Shown piece by piece: positions 48,661-57,821 of a stretch of DNA of 64,000 nt. Under the pieces are notes generated by a model. That model had not been told where the DNA came from. It made no database searches and saw only the letters and a program-made list of their open reading frames with translations. A program made the position numbers and the translations under genes. How positions within the stretch are numbered: position 1 is the stretch's first letter; each line of letters starts with the position of its first letter. Where the stretch lies: contig CAZNNM010000002.1 in the NCBI GenBank assembly GCA_964574415.1, positions 311,141 through 375,140 of the forward strand. The letters run 5' to 3'. This stretch comes from an uncultured Rickettsiales bacterium (GTDB lineage: Bacteria; Pseudomonadota; Alphaproteobacteria; Rickettsiales; CAZNNM01).

Positions 48661-51369
48661 ATGCCTCTAAGCTGGAACGAGATACGCAAACGTGCAATTG
48701 AATTTGCACAAGAATATGTGGATGCGACGCGAGAAAATGCGGAAACGCAATCATTCTACAACGAATTTTTCAACGTATTCGGTATTTCACGTCGTCGCGT
48801 AGCCGCGTTTGAAGAACCTGTTAGAAAATTAGGCGATAAACGTGGACGCATTGACTTATTCTGGAAAGGCGTATTGCTGATTGAACAAAAATCAAGCGGC
48901 CGTGATTTAGATGCAGCCTATACGCAAGCACTCGATTATTTCCCGAACCTGAAAGAGGAAGAGTTACCAAAATATATCCTCGTATCTGATTTTCAACGGT
49001 TCGAGCTATACGACCTTGAGACAAAAGCAGTAAACAAGTTCATGCTTGCTGAATTGCATAAAAACGTTGAACTCTTTGGTTTTATCGCGGGCTACCAGAA
49101 ACGTGAGTTCAAAGACCAAGACCCCGTAAATATCGAAGCATCCGAGCGCATGGGCAAGCTGCACGATATGCTCAAAGATGCAGGATATACAGGTCACGAA
49201 CTTGAACTTTTTCTAGTGCGACTGCTTTTCTGTCTATTCGCGGAAGACACCACTATTTTTGAAAAAGGTGCGTTTCAGTATTACATTGAAACCAAAACCA
49301 AGGAAGATGGCAGCGATTTAGGAATGCATCTTTCTGCACTATTTCAAGCGCTAAACACACCACATGAGAAACGTCAAAAAAATCTTGATGAAGCACTTAA
49401 CTCCTTTACCTATATCAACGGCAACTTATTTGCAGCCACGCTTCCTATTCCTGCTTTTGATAGCACCATGCGCAATTCGTTAATTAGTGCATGTTATTTC
49501 GATTGGAGTCGTATTTCTCCTGCTATTTTTGGCTCGCTGTTTCAATCGGTAATGGATAAAGACAAACGGCGCGGGGTAGGTGCTCACTACACTACCGAAA
49601 AGAATATCATGAAAATCTTGAAGCCACTGTTTCTGGATGCACTTCATGAGGAGTTTGAGAAGGCCAAAAAGGATAAAAAGAAACTGCATGCCTTTCATGA
49701 CAAGCTCGCTAAACTTACATTCTTTGACCCAGCTTGCGGCTGTGGCAACTTCTTGATTCTAGCCTACCGAGAACTGCGTGAGCTTGAAATTAAGTTACTT
49801 AGAGCCCTACACGACGATAAACAGCAGGTGTTAGATGTTAGCCAGTTATCACGCGTCGACGTAGATGCATTTTACGGTATTGAGATAGAAGAATTCCCTG
49901 CAAAAATAGCAGAAGTTGCGCTGTGGCTCATGGATCATCAAATGAATATCCGCCTCTCAGAAATGTTCGGGGTGTATTATGTACGATTGCCGTTAAGAAA
50001 ATCTGCACATATTCATCATGATAATGCGTTAAGGCTAGACTGGAAAGAAGTCATAGCTCCGGAGAAATTGAGCTACATTCTCGGAAATCCACCATTTATA
50101 GCCAAGCACTTAATGACCGACGAACAAGGCACAGAAATTGATACGCTGTTTCACGGGGTAAATGGCGCAGGGGTTCTTGATTATGTTACAGCGTGGTATT
50201 TGAAAGCCGCTCAGTATATTCAAGGCACTCATATCAGATGTGCTTTTGTTTCCACAAATTCCATTACACAAGGCGAGCAAGTAGCGGTGTTATGGCAGGA
50301 ATTATTTAGCCGTTACCATGTTAAGATTCATTTCGCGCATCGTACCTTTGCATGGAGCAGTGAAGCCAGAGGCAAAGCGGCTGTTTATTGTGTTATTATT
50401 GGCTTTTCTGCTTATGACAGCGATGACAAATTGCTTTATGATTATGATACACCAAAGGCAGAAGCGCATGAAATGCAGGTGCGTAATATCGCACCATATC
50501 TGGTTGAGGGGGACGATTTTGTAATCCCAAAGCGCAGCAAGCCGTTATGCAATTCACCAGAAATGATTTTTGGTAATAAACCTGTGGATAATGGAAATTT
50601 CTTTTTCACAGACAAAGAAAAGGGTGATTTTCTTGCTATCGAGCCACGCGCCGAAAAATTTATCCGCCCTTTCCTTAGTGCCAGAGAATATCTACATGGG
50701 GATAATCGTTGGTGTCTGTGGCTAAAAGATGCAGCCCCCGCTGAGTTATACAATCTGCCGAAGGTTATGGAACGTATTGAAGCGATAAAAAAATTTCGTT
50801 TAGCTAGTAAGAAAGCGCCTACACGCGAAACAGCAAATACACCGACACTATTCTCAGAGATTCGTCAACCAACCGGTAGTTACATTCTTATACCTCGCCA
50901 TACATCCGAGAATCGTAATTACGTCCCATTTGGTTTTTTTGATTCAGCTAGCATAGTTGCTGATAGCTGTAATTGTATTCCTGATGCCACTCTTTACCAC
51001 TTCGGCATTATTACTTCCGCCATGCACATGACATGGATGCGCTATGTGTGCGGTAGAATTAAAAGTGATTTTCGTTATTCTAATACGCTAGTTTACAACA
51101 CTTTCCCGTGGCCTACACCTACCGCGGCTCAAACAAAAGATATTGAGGCCAAAGCGCAAACAGTGTTGGATAGCTGTTCAGCATTCAGGCGGTCATGCTC
51201 GTTTACTGCTTTTTTGTATGCGGTTAGCGCATCTTCTATTTTCGATACGCTGGCTTCCCCATGTTTTATCAGCTTACCGGCCTTATCTTTTTTGCCAAAA
51301 TGTAGCCGAGCCGCATGTATTGCCTCTTTTCTTATGGCTCTCCATTTTGGATGCTTGGAATTGTGCTGA
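48661..51369 (+). CDS. MmeI-like Type IIL restriction-modification enzyme; C-terminus apparently replaced (probable pseudogene)
   Basis: RIDLFWKGVLLIEQKS nuclease motif, FFDPACGCGNF, GNPPF, TRD; after AQTVLD the frame reads antisense of the convergent ORF. Confidence 0.85.
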   Translation: MPLSWNEIRKRAIEFAQEYVDATRENAETQSFYNEFFNVFGISRRRVAAFEEPVRKLGDKRGRIDLFWKGVLLIEQKSSGRDLDAAYTQALDYFPNLKEEELPKYILVSDFQRFELYDLETKAVNKFMLAELHKNVELFGFIAGYQKREFKDQDPVNIEASERMGKLHDMLKDAGYTGHELELFLVRLLFCLFAEDTTIFEKGAFQYYIETKTKEDGSDLGMHLSALFQALNTPHEKRQKNLDEALNSFTYINGNLFAATLPIPAFDSTMRNSLISACYFDWSRISPAIFGSLFQSVMDKDKRRGVGAHYTTEKNIMKILKPLFLDALHEEFEKAKKDKKKLHAFHDKLAKLTFFDPACGCGNFLILAYRELRELEIKLLRALHDDKQQVLDVSQLSRVDVDAFYGIEIEEFPAKIAEVALWLMDHQMNIRLSEMFGVYYVRLPLRKSAHIHHDNALRLDWKEVIAPEKLSYILGNPPFIAKHLMTDEQGTEIDTLFHGVNGAGVLDYVTAWYLKAAQYIQGTHIRCAFVSTNSITQGEQVAVLWQELFSRYHVKIHFAHRTFAWSSEARGKAAVYCVIIGFSAYDSDDKLLYDYDTPKAEAHEMQVRNIAPYLVEGDDFVIPKRSKPLCNSPEMIFGNKPVDNGNFFFTDKEKGDFLAIEPRAEKFIRPFLSAREYLHGDNRWCLWLKDAAPAELYNLPKVMERIEAIKKFRLASKKAPTRETANTPTLFSEIRQPTGSYILIPRHTSENRNYVPFGFFDSASIVADSCNCIPDATLYHFGIITSAMHMTWMRYVCGRIKSDFRYSNTLVYNTFPWPTPTAAQTKDIEAKAQTVLDSCSAFRRSCSFTAFLYAVSASSIFDTLASPCFISLPALSFLPKCSRAACIASFLMALHFGCLELC

Positions 51370-51746
51370 TATTCTTCCTTCTTATCTGCGATGAAATTCT
51401 CTACAAACTCCGCGATTTCTATACTTTCAAAAATTCCGCGATAAGCTGGGCCAGACGTACGTTTCACCAGCCTCTCAATTTTATAGCCCCCCTCTCTATT
51501 TTTATCGAACAACCCCGCAATCCAGTCTAAAATTCTAGGGTGTAGGGGGTGGGGACTAAGCAGTGCCTCCGCAACAAGCGTAAGGTTGGGTTCAGCGTCT
51601 TTGGGTACTGGCTTCGCGCACCATTGCAGCTTTCCTTCGTGCATAATGCATGATGCTTCATATTGGAGGCCAAGCACTGTATGCACGAACACATCTTCAA
51701 TGTGGCAAATATCATCGGTCTTATGCGGCTTCACGCTTTTCCTCAT
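51129..51746 (-). CDS. Hypothetical protein downstream of integrase, probably 3'-truncated
   Basis: ATG 51746 overlaps the integrase end; last about 15 codons lie within MmeI-like coding sequence; start uncertain. Confidence 0.55.
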   Translation of the reverse strand: MRKSVKPHKTDDICHIEDVFVHTVLGLQYEASCIMHEGKLQWCAKPVPKDAEPNLTLVAEALLSPHPLHPRILDWIAGLFDKNREGGYKIERLVKRTSGPAYRGIFESIEIAEFVENFIADKKEEYQHNSKHPKWRAIRKEAIHAARLHFGKKDKAGKLIKHGEASVSKIEDALTAYKKAVNEHDRLNAEQLSNTVCALASISFV

Positions 51747-52935
51747 TGAGTTTTGTATCAAGGAAATCCGCCCACCACTGCATGAGCTTCTTGCGGTCTT
51801 CGAGGTAGATTGCCTTATTGTAGGTACCGCGTACCTTGGATTTTTCCACATGAGCAAGTTGCATTTCGATATGGTCAGGGTTGAAGCCCTTTTCATTCAA
51901 TATGGTGCTGGCAGTATGACGGAAACCATGAGGCGTTGCTTTAGAGGCGGTGAGCTTCTTGACCACTTTGATAAGCCCTACATCGGAAACAGGCTTTTTC
52001 GCACGTGTTCTGCCGGGAAAGAGCAAATCACCATCGCCGGTAATTTTTCGTATTTCCGCAATGGTGGCAAGTGCCTGCTGTGATAATGGTACCATATGCT
52101 CACGCTCGATTTTCATACGCGAAGCAGGAATTACCCACAATTTCTCTTTCTCATTGATTTCAGACCATGTTGCGCCACGTAATTCACCGGGACGCACAAA
52201 GGTCAGCGCAAGGAGCTTCACTGCAAGCTGCATTAGGGAATAATTTTCTGGGTCTTCGATACGTTGTAGGAATTCGGTCAATTCGTCTTCACGCAGATGG
52301 TCACGATTTTTGACCTTATTGCCTTGTATATATTTTGAACGGCCAAGCGCCGGGTTCATATCGCATAACCCTTGCACAATAGCGTGTTCAAAAATAGCCG
52401 TACAATACTGATTGATACGCTTTGCCACATCAGGAGCTTTGCGCTCCTCAATGCGTTTGAGAACACTCATAATATCCGGCACTTTCACTTCAGCGATAGG
52501 CTTCCAGCCGATAACGCTGAACACATCTTTCTCTAACCGGCTTAGAATATTCTTGGCATGCTTTGGTGCCCACACTTGTTTCTTATACCAATCGCGAGCA
52601 ACTACTTCAAAAGTGTTAGCGCTCTCTGTGACTTTCTGCTGATGGTCACTTTTCTTTTTGATATTCGGGTCTACACCCTTTTTGAGAAGCGCTTTTGCCT
52701 CATCCTTTAAGCGCCGTGCATCTGTGAGGCTAATTTTGCCTTCTGTGTTGCCGTATTGGCCAATAGTGAGAATGTTATACTTGCCATTAAATTTGTAGGG
52801 ATACTGCCAGACTTTAGTACCACTTGGTCGTACCAGTAATACCAAACCACCTTCATCATAGAGCTTATAAGGCGTATCCTTAGGTTTAGCGCCACGAATA
52901 GCGGTTTCAGGAAGCTTAGGATTTATCTTTGGCAT
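51721..52935 (-). CDS. P4-like tyrosine integrase with N-terminal arm-binding domain
   Basis: KPKDTPYKLYDEGGL arm domain; RPGE, HGFRH, LAH, YNKAIY catalytic residues. Confidence 0.95.
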   Translation of the reverse strand: MPKINPKLPETAIRGAKPKDTPYKLYDEGGLVLLVRPSGTKVWQYPYKFNGKYNILTIGQYGNTEGKISLTDARRLKDEAKALLKKGVDPNIKKKSDHQQKVTESANTFEVVARDWYKKQVWAPKHAKNILSRLEKDVFSVIGWKPIAEVKVPDIMSVLKRIEERKAPDVAKRINQYCTAIFEHAIVQGLCDMNPALGRSKYIQGNKVKNRDHLREDELTEFLQRIEDPENYSLMQLAVKLLALTFVRPGELRGATWSEINEKEKLWVIPASRMKIEREHMVPLSQQALATIAEIRKITGDGDLLFPGRTRAKKPVSDVGLIKVVKKLTASKATPHGFRHTASTILNEKGFNPDHIEMQLAHVEKSKVRGTYNKAIYLEDRKKLMQWWADFLDTKLNEEKREAA

Positions 52936-53100
52936 AGCGGGCACTTCTATAGGGTATATTCATACCCCATACCCTATCATATACCCTAAAAAATGCAAGA
53001 TGCGGACGTGTCCACATGTATCCACACGGACTAAAAGCCACTTTAATATGCTGTTTTTTCTTGATTTAAAATCTTATTTGGAAGTACTTGGAAGTAAGTT

Positions 53101-53145
53101 TGGTTGCGGGGGCAGGATTTGAACCTGCGGCCTTCAGGTTATGAG
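53101..53145 (-). pseudogene. Partial tRNA-fMet(CAT): 3' 45 nt att-site duplication, not an intact tRNA
   Basis: Minus strand CTCATAACCTGAAGGCCGCAGGTTCAAATCCTGCCCCCGCAACCA; the 5' half (D arm, acceptor 5' strand) is absent. Confidence 0.9.
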
Positions 53146-53343
53146 TGGTGCTTGGGGCATTTCTCCCCGCTTACTTTGTTTTCTTTGTGTTTCTGCAAAG
53201 CGTTGTTTTTACTGGATAAATGGCAGTTATCATGCGCTTAGTGTTTCTACCGGCTGCGCCGTGATTTTCTGCCTCTTGCTTCCATAGTGCTTCCACGGAA
53301 GCAGGCAACCGCAGCCCATAATTGAAACGAAAAGAGGTTGCCA

Positions 53344-54513
53344 ATGCCAAAACTGACCAAGCGGTTTATAGATGCCGCAGAAATACAATGCAAAGACTAT
53401 TTCATCTTTGATTCCGAGCTGCCCTGCTTTGGGGTGCGGGTCATGCCATCGGGCCGTAAGTCCTACGTGATTCAATATCGGGCCGAGCGAAAAAAGATTC
53501 GGCGCAAGAGCCTTGGTATGCATGGAGTGGTTCCGCTGGAGGAAGCTCGGAAGAAAGCCTTCAAAATTCTGGCGGCTGTGCAATCGGGCGATGATCCTGT
53601 CGGAGAGGAACGCGCCAAGCAATATGCACTGACCGTCAACGACCTTGCGGAGCGATTCATAGAGGAACACGTGGATGTGCATTTGAAACCGCGCACTGCT
53701 GATGGCTACAAACGCAACCTTAAGAAATTCATCCTGCCTCAGATTGGCCATCTGAAGATTACGGATGTGACGCGAGCCGATATATCGGCATTTCACCATA
53801 CGCGTCGCAAATCGCCTTACGAGGCGAACCGGTGTTTGGAGATCATATCCAAAATGTTTAATCTGGCTGAGATGTGGGGGCTGCGTCCGGATGGCACCAA
53901 TCCTCGTCGCCATATCAAGAAATACCCTGAAAAGAAGCGCGAACGGTTTTTGACCCCGGACGAAACCAAGCGCTTGGGTGCCACGCTGAAACAGATGCAT
54001 GCAGAAGGCGTGGAATCGCACTCCGCAGTCAACTGCATCAAACTGTTGTTGCTGACCGGGTGTCGCCTGAGCGAAATACAAACCCTGCAATGGAAATTCA
54101 TCGACTGGGCTGACTCTACGATCAAATTGCCTGATTCTAAAACCGGCGCGAGAGTCATTTATGCTGGTGAGCATGTGTTGGACGTGCTGCGGGCTATCAA
54201 AGCGCACCCTGACACACCTGCCGACAATCCTTATGTGATTTACGGAACGCTTGAGGGGGCGTACCTCACTGATATGCAAAAGCCGTGGCGGCGCATCCGC
54301 AAGCGTGCCGGTCTGGAAGATGTGCGCATCCATGACCTGCGTCATAGTTTTGCCTCCTATGCAGTTAGCCAAGGCATGAGCCTGCCTATGATAGGAAAGC
54401 TGCTCGGCCACACACAGGTGCAAACCACGGCACGCTATGCCCATCTTATGTCCGACCCGATCAAACAAGCCGCCGGTCAGGTGTCTGGTAATATTGCTGG
54501 GCTGGTATCGTGA
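53344..54513 (+). CDS. Tyrosine integrase (alphaproteobacterial type with arm-binding domain)
   Basis: FDSELPCFGVRVMPSGRKSY arm domain; TGCRLSE, HDLRH, LGH, TARY. Confidence 0.95.
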   Translation: MPKLTKRFIDAAEIQCKDYFIFDSELPCFGVRVMPSGRKSYVIQYRAERKKIRRKSLGMHGVVPLEEARKKAFKILAAVQSGDDPVGEERAKQYALTVNDLAERFIEEHVDVHLKPRTADGYKRNLKKFILPQIGHLKITDVTRADISAFHHTRRKSPYEANRCLEIISKMFNLAEMWGLRPDGTNPRRHIKKYPEKKRERFLTPDETKRLGATLKQMHAEGVESHSAVNCIKLLLLTGCRLSEIQTLQWKFIDWADSTIKLPDSKTGARVIYAGEHVLDVLRAIKAHPDTPADNPYVIYGTLEGAYLTDMQKPWRRIRKRAGLEDVRIHDLRHSFASYAVSQGMSLPMIGKLLGHTQVQTTARYAHLMSDPIKQAAGQVSGNIAGLVS

Positions 54514-54612
54514 ATTCAGGTTTTATTCTATCCCGGTGGATAGACTCAAATACAACTGAACCACCTCGACACCACAATACCCGCAAAGCCCTGTCCTGAC
54601 TAGAGGAAGTTG

Positions 54613-54636
54613 CCCGCGCTACCGGAGCGCGGGTTT
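54613..54636 (+). terminator. Possible terminator hairpin between convergent integrase and HTH genes
   Basis: CCCGCGCT-accgg-AGCGCGGG-TTT. Confidence 0.5.
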
Positions 54637-54674
54637 CCCATGAAGATGATAGACTCGTTTTTGGATGAATTCAG

Positions 54675-55265
54675 CTATGTAACAGTGTAAAATCCGTTCT
54701 TCCGCGCCCCGTTGTAGCAGATAGCGTTATGCTCCAACATGCTGGCGATGTCACGTTTGGCGGTCTTATGGCTCACCCACCACTGCGTGGCAATATCATC
54801 GGCTTTTAGTTTCTTTCCTCTCTGTAATTCACCGATGAACCATAGCTGACGATGGTTCAATTTGATAGCCACATCCAGATTGACCATCACATTTATAGGG
54901 ACATATTTGTCCCTATAAACTGGGTTTTCCGGTCTGCTAAGTGCCGTTTTAGGGTGCATTTTTTCGGGTATGTTTTCGGCTAAACAAACCTCCCACACAT
55001 CCGCACGACCGATCATCTCCAGCAGTCCTTTAAGCACCTGCGGATACACTCCGGCCAGCATGATTAAATGCGCGGATTTCGGCGCATTGATTGCCTGACA
55101 CCACTTATTGATTGTGTGCAAATTAGCGCCTGTAATGCGCCCAATTTCTTTCACCACGGAAGTGTCATCCTGATGCTCGTGACGCAGGGCGTTGGCCACC
55201 ATGGTTGCCACTGATTGGTCATCAATAGACGATAGTAAAACTTGGCTAAAATTCTGAAAAGACAT
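54675..55265 (-). CDS. Putative DNA-binding protein with XRE-like N-terminal and winged-HTH C-terminal domains
   Basis: KEIGRITGANLHTINKW; ADDIATQWWVSHKTAKRDIASM...GARKNGFY. Confidence 0.65.
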   Translation of the reverse strand: MSFQNFSQVLLSSIDDQSVATMVANALRHEHQDDTSVVKEIGRITGANLHTINKWCQAINAPKSAHLIMLAGVYPQVLKGLLEMIGRADVWEVCLAENIPEKMHPKTALSRPENPVYRDKYVPINVMVNLDVAIKLNHRQLWFIGELQRGKKLKADDIATQWWVSHKTAKRDIASMLEHNAICYNGARKNGFYTVT

Positions 55266-55359
55266 GTAATCGCTCCTTTTGTTAAAATGATGGAAAGGAG
55301 CATTTTCGCTGGCGTTTCAGTGAATGCCGAAGAATTGCATATAAAACAGGATCATTCAG

Positions 55360-56928
55360 TTGAGAGATTTATTTGGCTTGGCAAACGGAGATACGAAAAC
55401 CCCGTCGATCAACATGGCGGCGATGTATGTGCGCATGTCCACTGACCACCAGAAATACTCAACGGAAAATCAGGCCGAAGCGATCAAGGAATATGCCAAA
55501 CGCAAAAAGCTGGATATCGTTAAGACCTATGCCGATGAAGGCAAAAGTGGATTGAATCTGGCGGGGCGTGATGCGCTCAAAAGCCTGATTGATGATGTGC
55601 AGAATAATCGTGCCGAGTTCAAAGTGATTTTAGTGCTGGATGTCACGCGCTGGGGACGGTTTCAGGATGCGGATGAAAGCGCCTATTATGAGTATATCTG
55701 CCGCCGCGCTGGCATTGACGTGCAGTATGTGGCCGAGCAGTTTGAAAATGACGGCAGCCCAGTATCCAACATTGTAAAAAGCGTGAAGCGCTCAATGGCT
55801 GGCGAGTATAGCCGTGAGCTATCCAACAAGGTGTTCGCTGGTCAATGCCGCCTAATCGAGAAAGGCTTCCGGCAAGGTGGTCCCGCTGGCTTCGGCCTGC
55901 GCCGCTTGTTGATTGATGAGCATGGCAATCCCAAAGCGGAGTTGAAACAAGGTGAGCATAAAAGCCTGCAAACGGATCGAGTGGTCCTGATCCCCGGTCC
56001 TGATGAGGAAATCAATATCGTGCGCTGGATTTACCATGCCTTCATTCATGACGGCATGAAAGAAACAGAGATCGCCCATTCCCTGAATCAGCGGGGCATT
56101 CTCACGGATTTGGACAGGCCGTGGACACGCGGCACAGTGCATCAGGTGCTCACCAATGAAAAATATATTGGCAACAACGTCTTTAACCGCACATCGCATA
56201 AGCTGAAAAAGCGCCGAGTGGAAAACTCACCGGATATGTGGGTGCGTGCCGATGGCGTGTTCGACGCGATTGTCGATCCCAGCGACTTTTACACAGTGCA
56301 AGGCATTTTACGCGAGCGCAGCCGCAGGTTCTCCGATGACGAGATGTTGGAAAAATTGCGTTATTTGCATGAGCGTCAAGGCTGGCTCTCTGGCATTATC
56401 ATTGACGAGCAAGAGGATATGCCATCCAGCAGTGCATACCAGCATCGTTTCGGAAGTTTGCTTCGAGCTTACAAGCTGATCGGCTATACCCCTGACCGGG
56501 ATTATCGCTATATCGAGATCAACCGCCGTCTGCGCACACTTTACGCAGAAACGGTCGAGGACACCATTCGCAAGATACGCGATCTGGGCGCATCCATCCA
56601 CCGGGAGGTGGGTTCGGACTTGCTCTATCTCAATAATGAGCTGACCGTTTCCATTATCATTTGCCGCTGCATACAGACACCCACCGGAGCCTATCGCTGG
56701 AAGATACGGTTAGATAGCGGGCTGGAGCCAGACATCACCGTGGCCATACGCATGGATGCCTGCAACGAAAATCCACTGGATTATTACCTATTGCCATCAT
56801 TGGACATTGAGAATCCGAAGATTCGGCTGTCAGAAAACAACGGTTTGGCGCTTGATGCCTATCGCTTTGATGATCTCGAATACTTCCTGATGCTGGCTGA
56901 ACGCACACCAATCAGGGAGGCCGCATGA
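55360..56928 (+). CDS. Large serine recombinase-family protein
   Basis: YVRMST catalytic Ser, YADEGKSG, DVTRWGRFQ, GFRQGG..GFG, TVHQVLTNEKYIG; start may be ATG 55414. Confidence 0.92.
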   Translation: MRDLFGLANGDTKTPSINMAAMYVRMSTDHQKYSTENQAEAIKEYAKRKKLDIVKTYADEGKSGLNLAGRDALKSLIDDVQNNRAEFKVILVLDVTRWGRFQDADESAYYEYICRRAGIDVQYVAEQFENDGSPVSNIVKSVKRSMAGEYSRELSNKVFAGQCRLIEKGFRQGGPAGFGLRRLLIDEHGNPKAELKQGEHKSLQTDRVVLIPGPDEEINIVRWIYHAFIHDGMKETEIAHSLNQRGILTDLDRPWTRGTVHQVLTNEKYIGNNVFNRTSHKLKKRRVENSPDMWVRADGVFDAIVDPSDFYTVQGILRERSRRFSDDEMLEKLRYLHERQGWLSGIIIDEQEDMPSSSAYQHRFGSLLRAYKLIGYTPDRDYRYIEINRRLRTLYAETVEDTIRKIRDLGASIHREVGSDLLYLNNELTVSIIICRCIQTPTGAYRWKIRLDSGLEPDITVAIRMDACNENPLDYYLLPSLDIENPKIRLSENNGLALDAYRFDDLEYFLMLAERTPIREAA

Positions 56929-57821
56929 AACAAAAAGACCGCAAAGCTAAAATTAAGATGATCCCCATTGAACGGATCAACGTGTTGAATCCGCGTGTAC
57001 GGAGTCAGAAAATCTTTGTCGATATGGCAGAGAATATCACCAAGGTGGGATTGAAACGCCCGATCACCGTAACACCCACCGGCTCTGCTGGTGAAGGAAA
57101 AGAATATGATCTGGTGTGTGGCCAAGGAAGGATCGAGGCATTTCAGGCTTGTGGGCAAACGCACATCCCGGCAATCGTGATTGATGCTTCAGAGGAAGAA
57201 GCGCTCATCATGAGTCTTGTGGAGAATCTGGCTCGCAGGCAGCATCGCTCGCTTGATCTGCTGCATGGCATCGAGGTGTTACAGCAAAAAGGCTATGATG
57301 CGAAAACCATCGCCAAGAAAACTGGCCTCACTGAAAACTATGCCAAAGCGGTGCTGGATTTATTGGAGCTGGGGGAAGAACGGCTTTTGTCTGCGGTGGA
57401 AGCTGGTCACATGCCGGTCAGCGTGGCTGTTACCATTGCCAATTCGCCCAATGACGAGCAGAAAGCGTTGCAGGAAGCCTATGAAAATAACGAGCTGCGC
57501 GGCGGCAAGCTGAAAATGGCGAAGCGCCTACTGGAAACCCGCAAGCAGCGCGGCAAAGGGATTCGCCATCAATCTGGCAAAGGTGGCCGCAGCCGCAAGG
57601 CCGGTGCCATCTCTTCGCAGGATGTCCTCAAAATCTATCAGAAGGAAGTGGATCGCAAGCGATTGCTCACGCGCAAAGCGGATGCCGTCAGCAGCCGGAT
57701 GCTGTTCATCACCGAGGCGTTGCGCCGTCTTTACAGGGAAGATCATTTCACCACGCTGCTGAAAGCTGAGGGGCTGACAACCATGCCGAAGCAACTCTCC
57801 GCATTATTGGAGGCCAAATGA
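56925..57821 (+). CDS. ParB/Srx N-terminal domain protein with RepB-type C-terminus (copy 1)
   Basis: VGLKRPITV, LVCGQGRIEAF, SLVENLARR; ATGA overlap with the recombinase. Confidence 0.85.
   Translation: MKQKDRKAKIKMIPIERINVLNPRVRSQKIFVDMAENITKVGLKRPITVTPTGSAGEGKEYDLVCGQGRIEAFQACGQTHIPAIVIDASEEEALIMSLVENLARRQHRSLDLLHGIEVLQQKGYDAKTIAKKTGLTENYAKAVLDLLELGEERLLSAVEAGHMPVSVAVTIANSPNDEQKALQEAYENNELRGGKLKMAKRLLETRKQRGKGIRHQSGKGGRSRKAGAISSQDVLKIYQKEVDRKRLLTRKADAVSSRMLFITEALRRLYREDHFTTLLKAEGLTTMPKQLSALLEAK

Larger units (their letters stand above)
45577..53122. mobile_element. Integrated element 1: about 7.5-kb tRNA-fMet island with defence cargo
   Basis: 22-bp direct repeats, P4-type integrase adjacent to one repeat, ATACCCT arm-type repeats inside both ends. 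Confidence 0.88.

Noticed and set aside
51586-52083. 165-aa plus-strand ORF
   Set aside because: Antisense shadow of the P4-like integrase and its downstream gene.
53101-53145. Intact tRNA-Met gene
   Set aside because: Only the anticodon loop to CCA is present; upstream sequence cannot form the D arm or acceptor stem, so it is an att duplication.
53230-54468. 412-aa minus-strand ORF
   Set aside because: Lies antisense across the clearly recognisable tyrosine integrase; no motifs; typical integrase shadow ORF.
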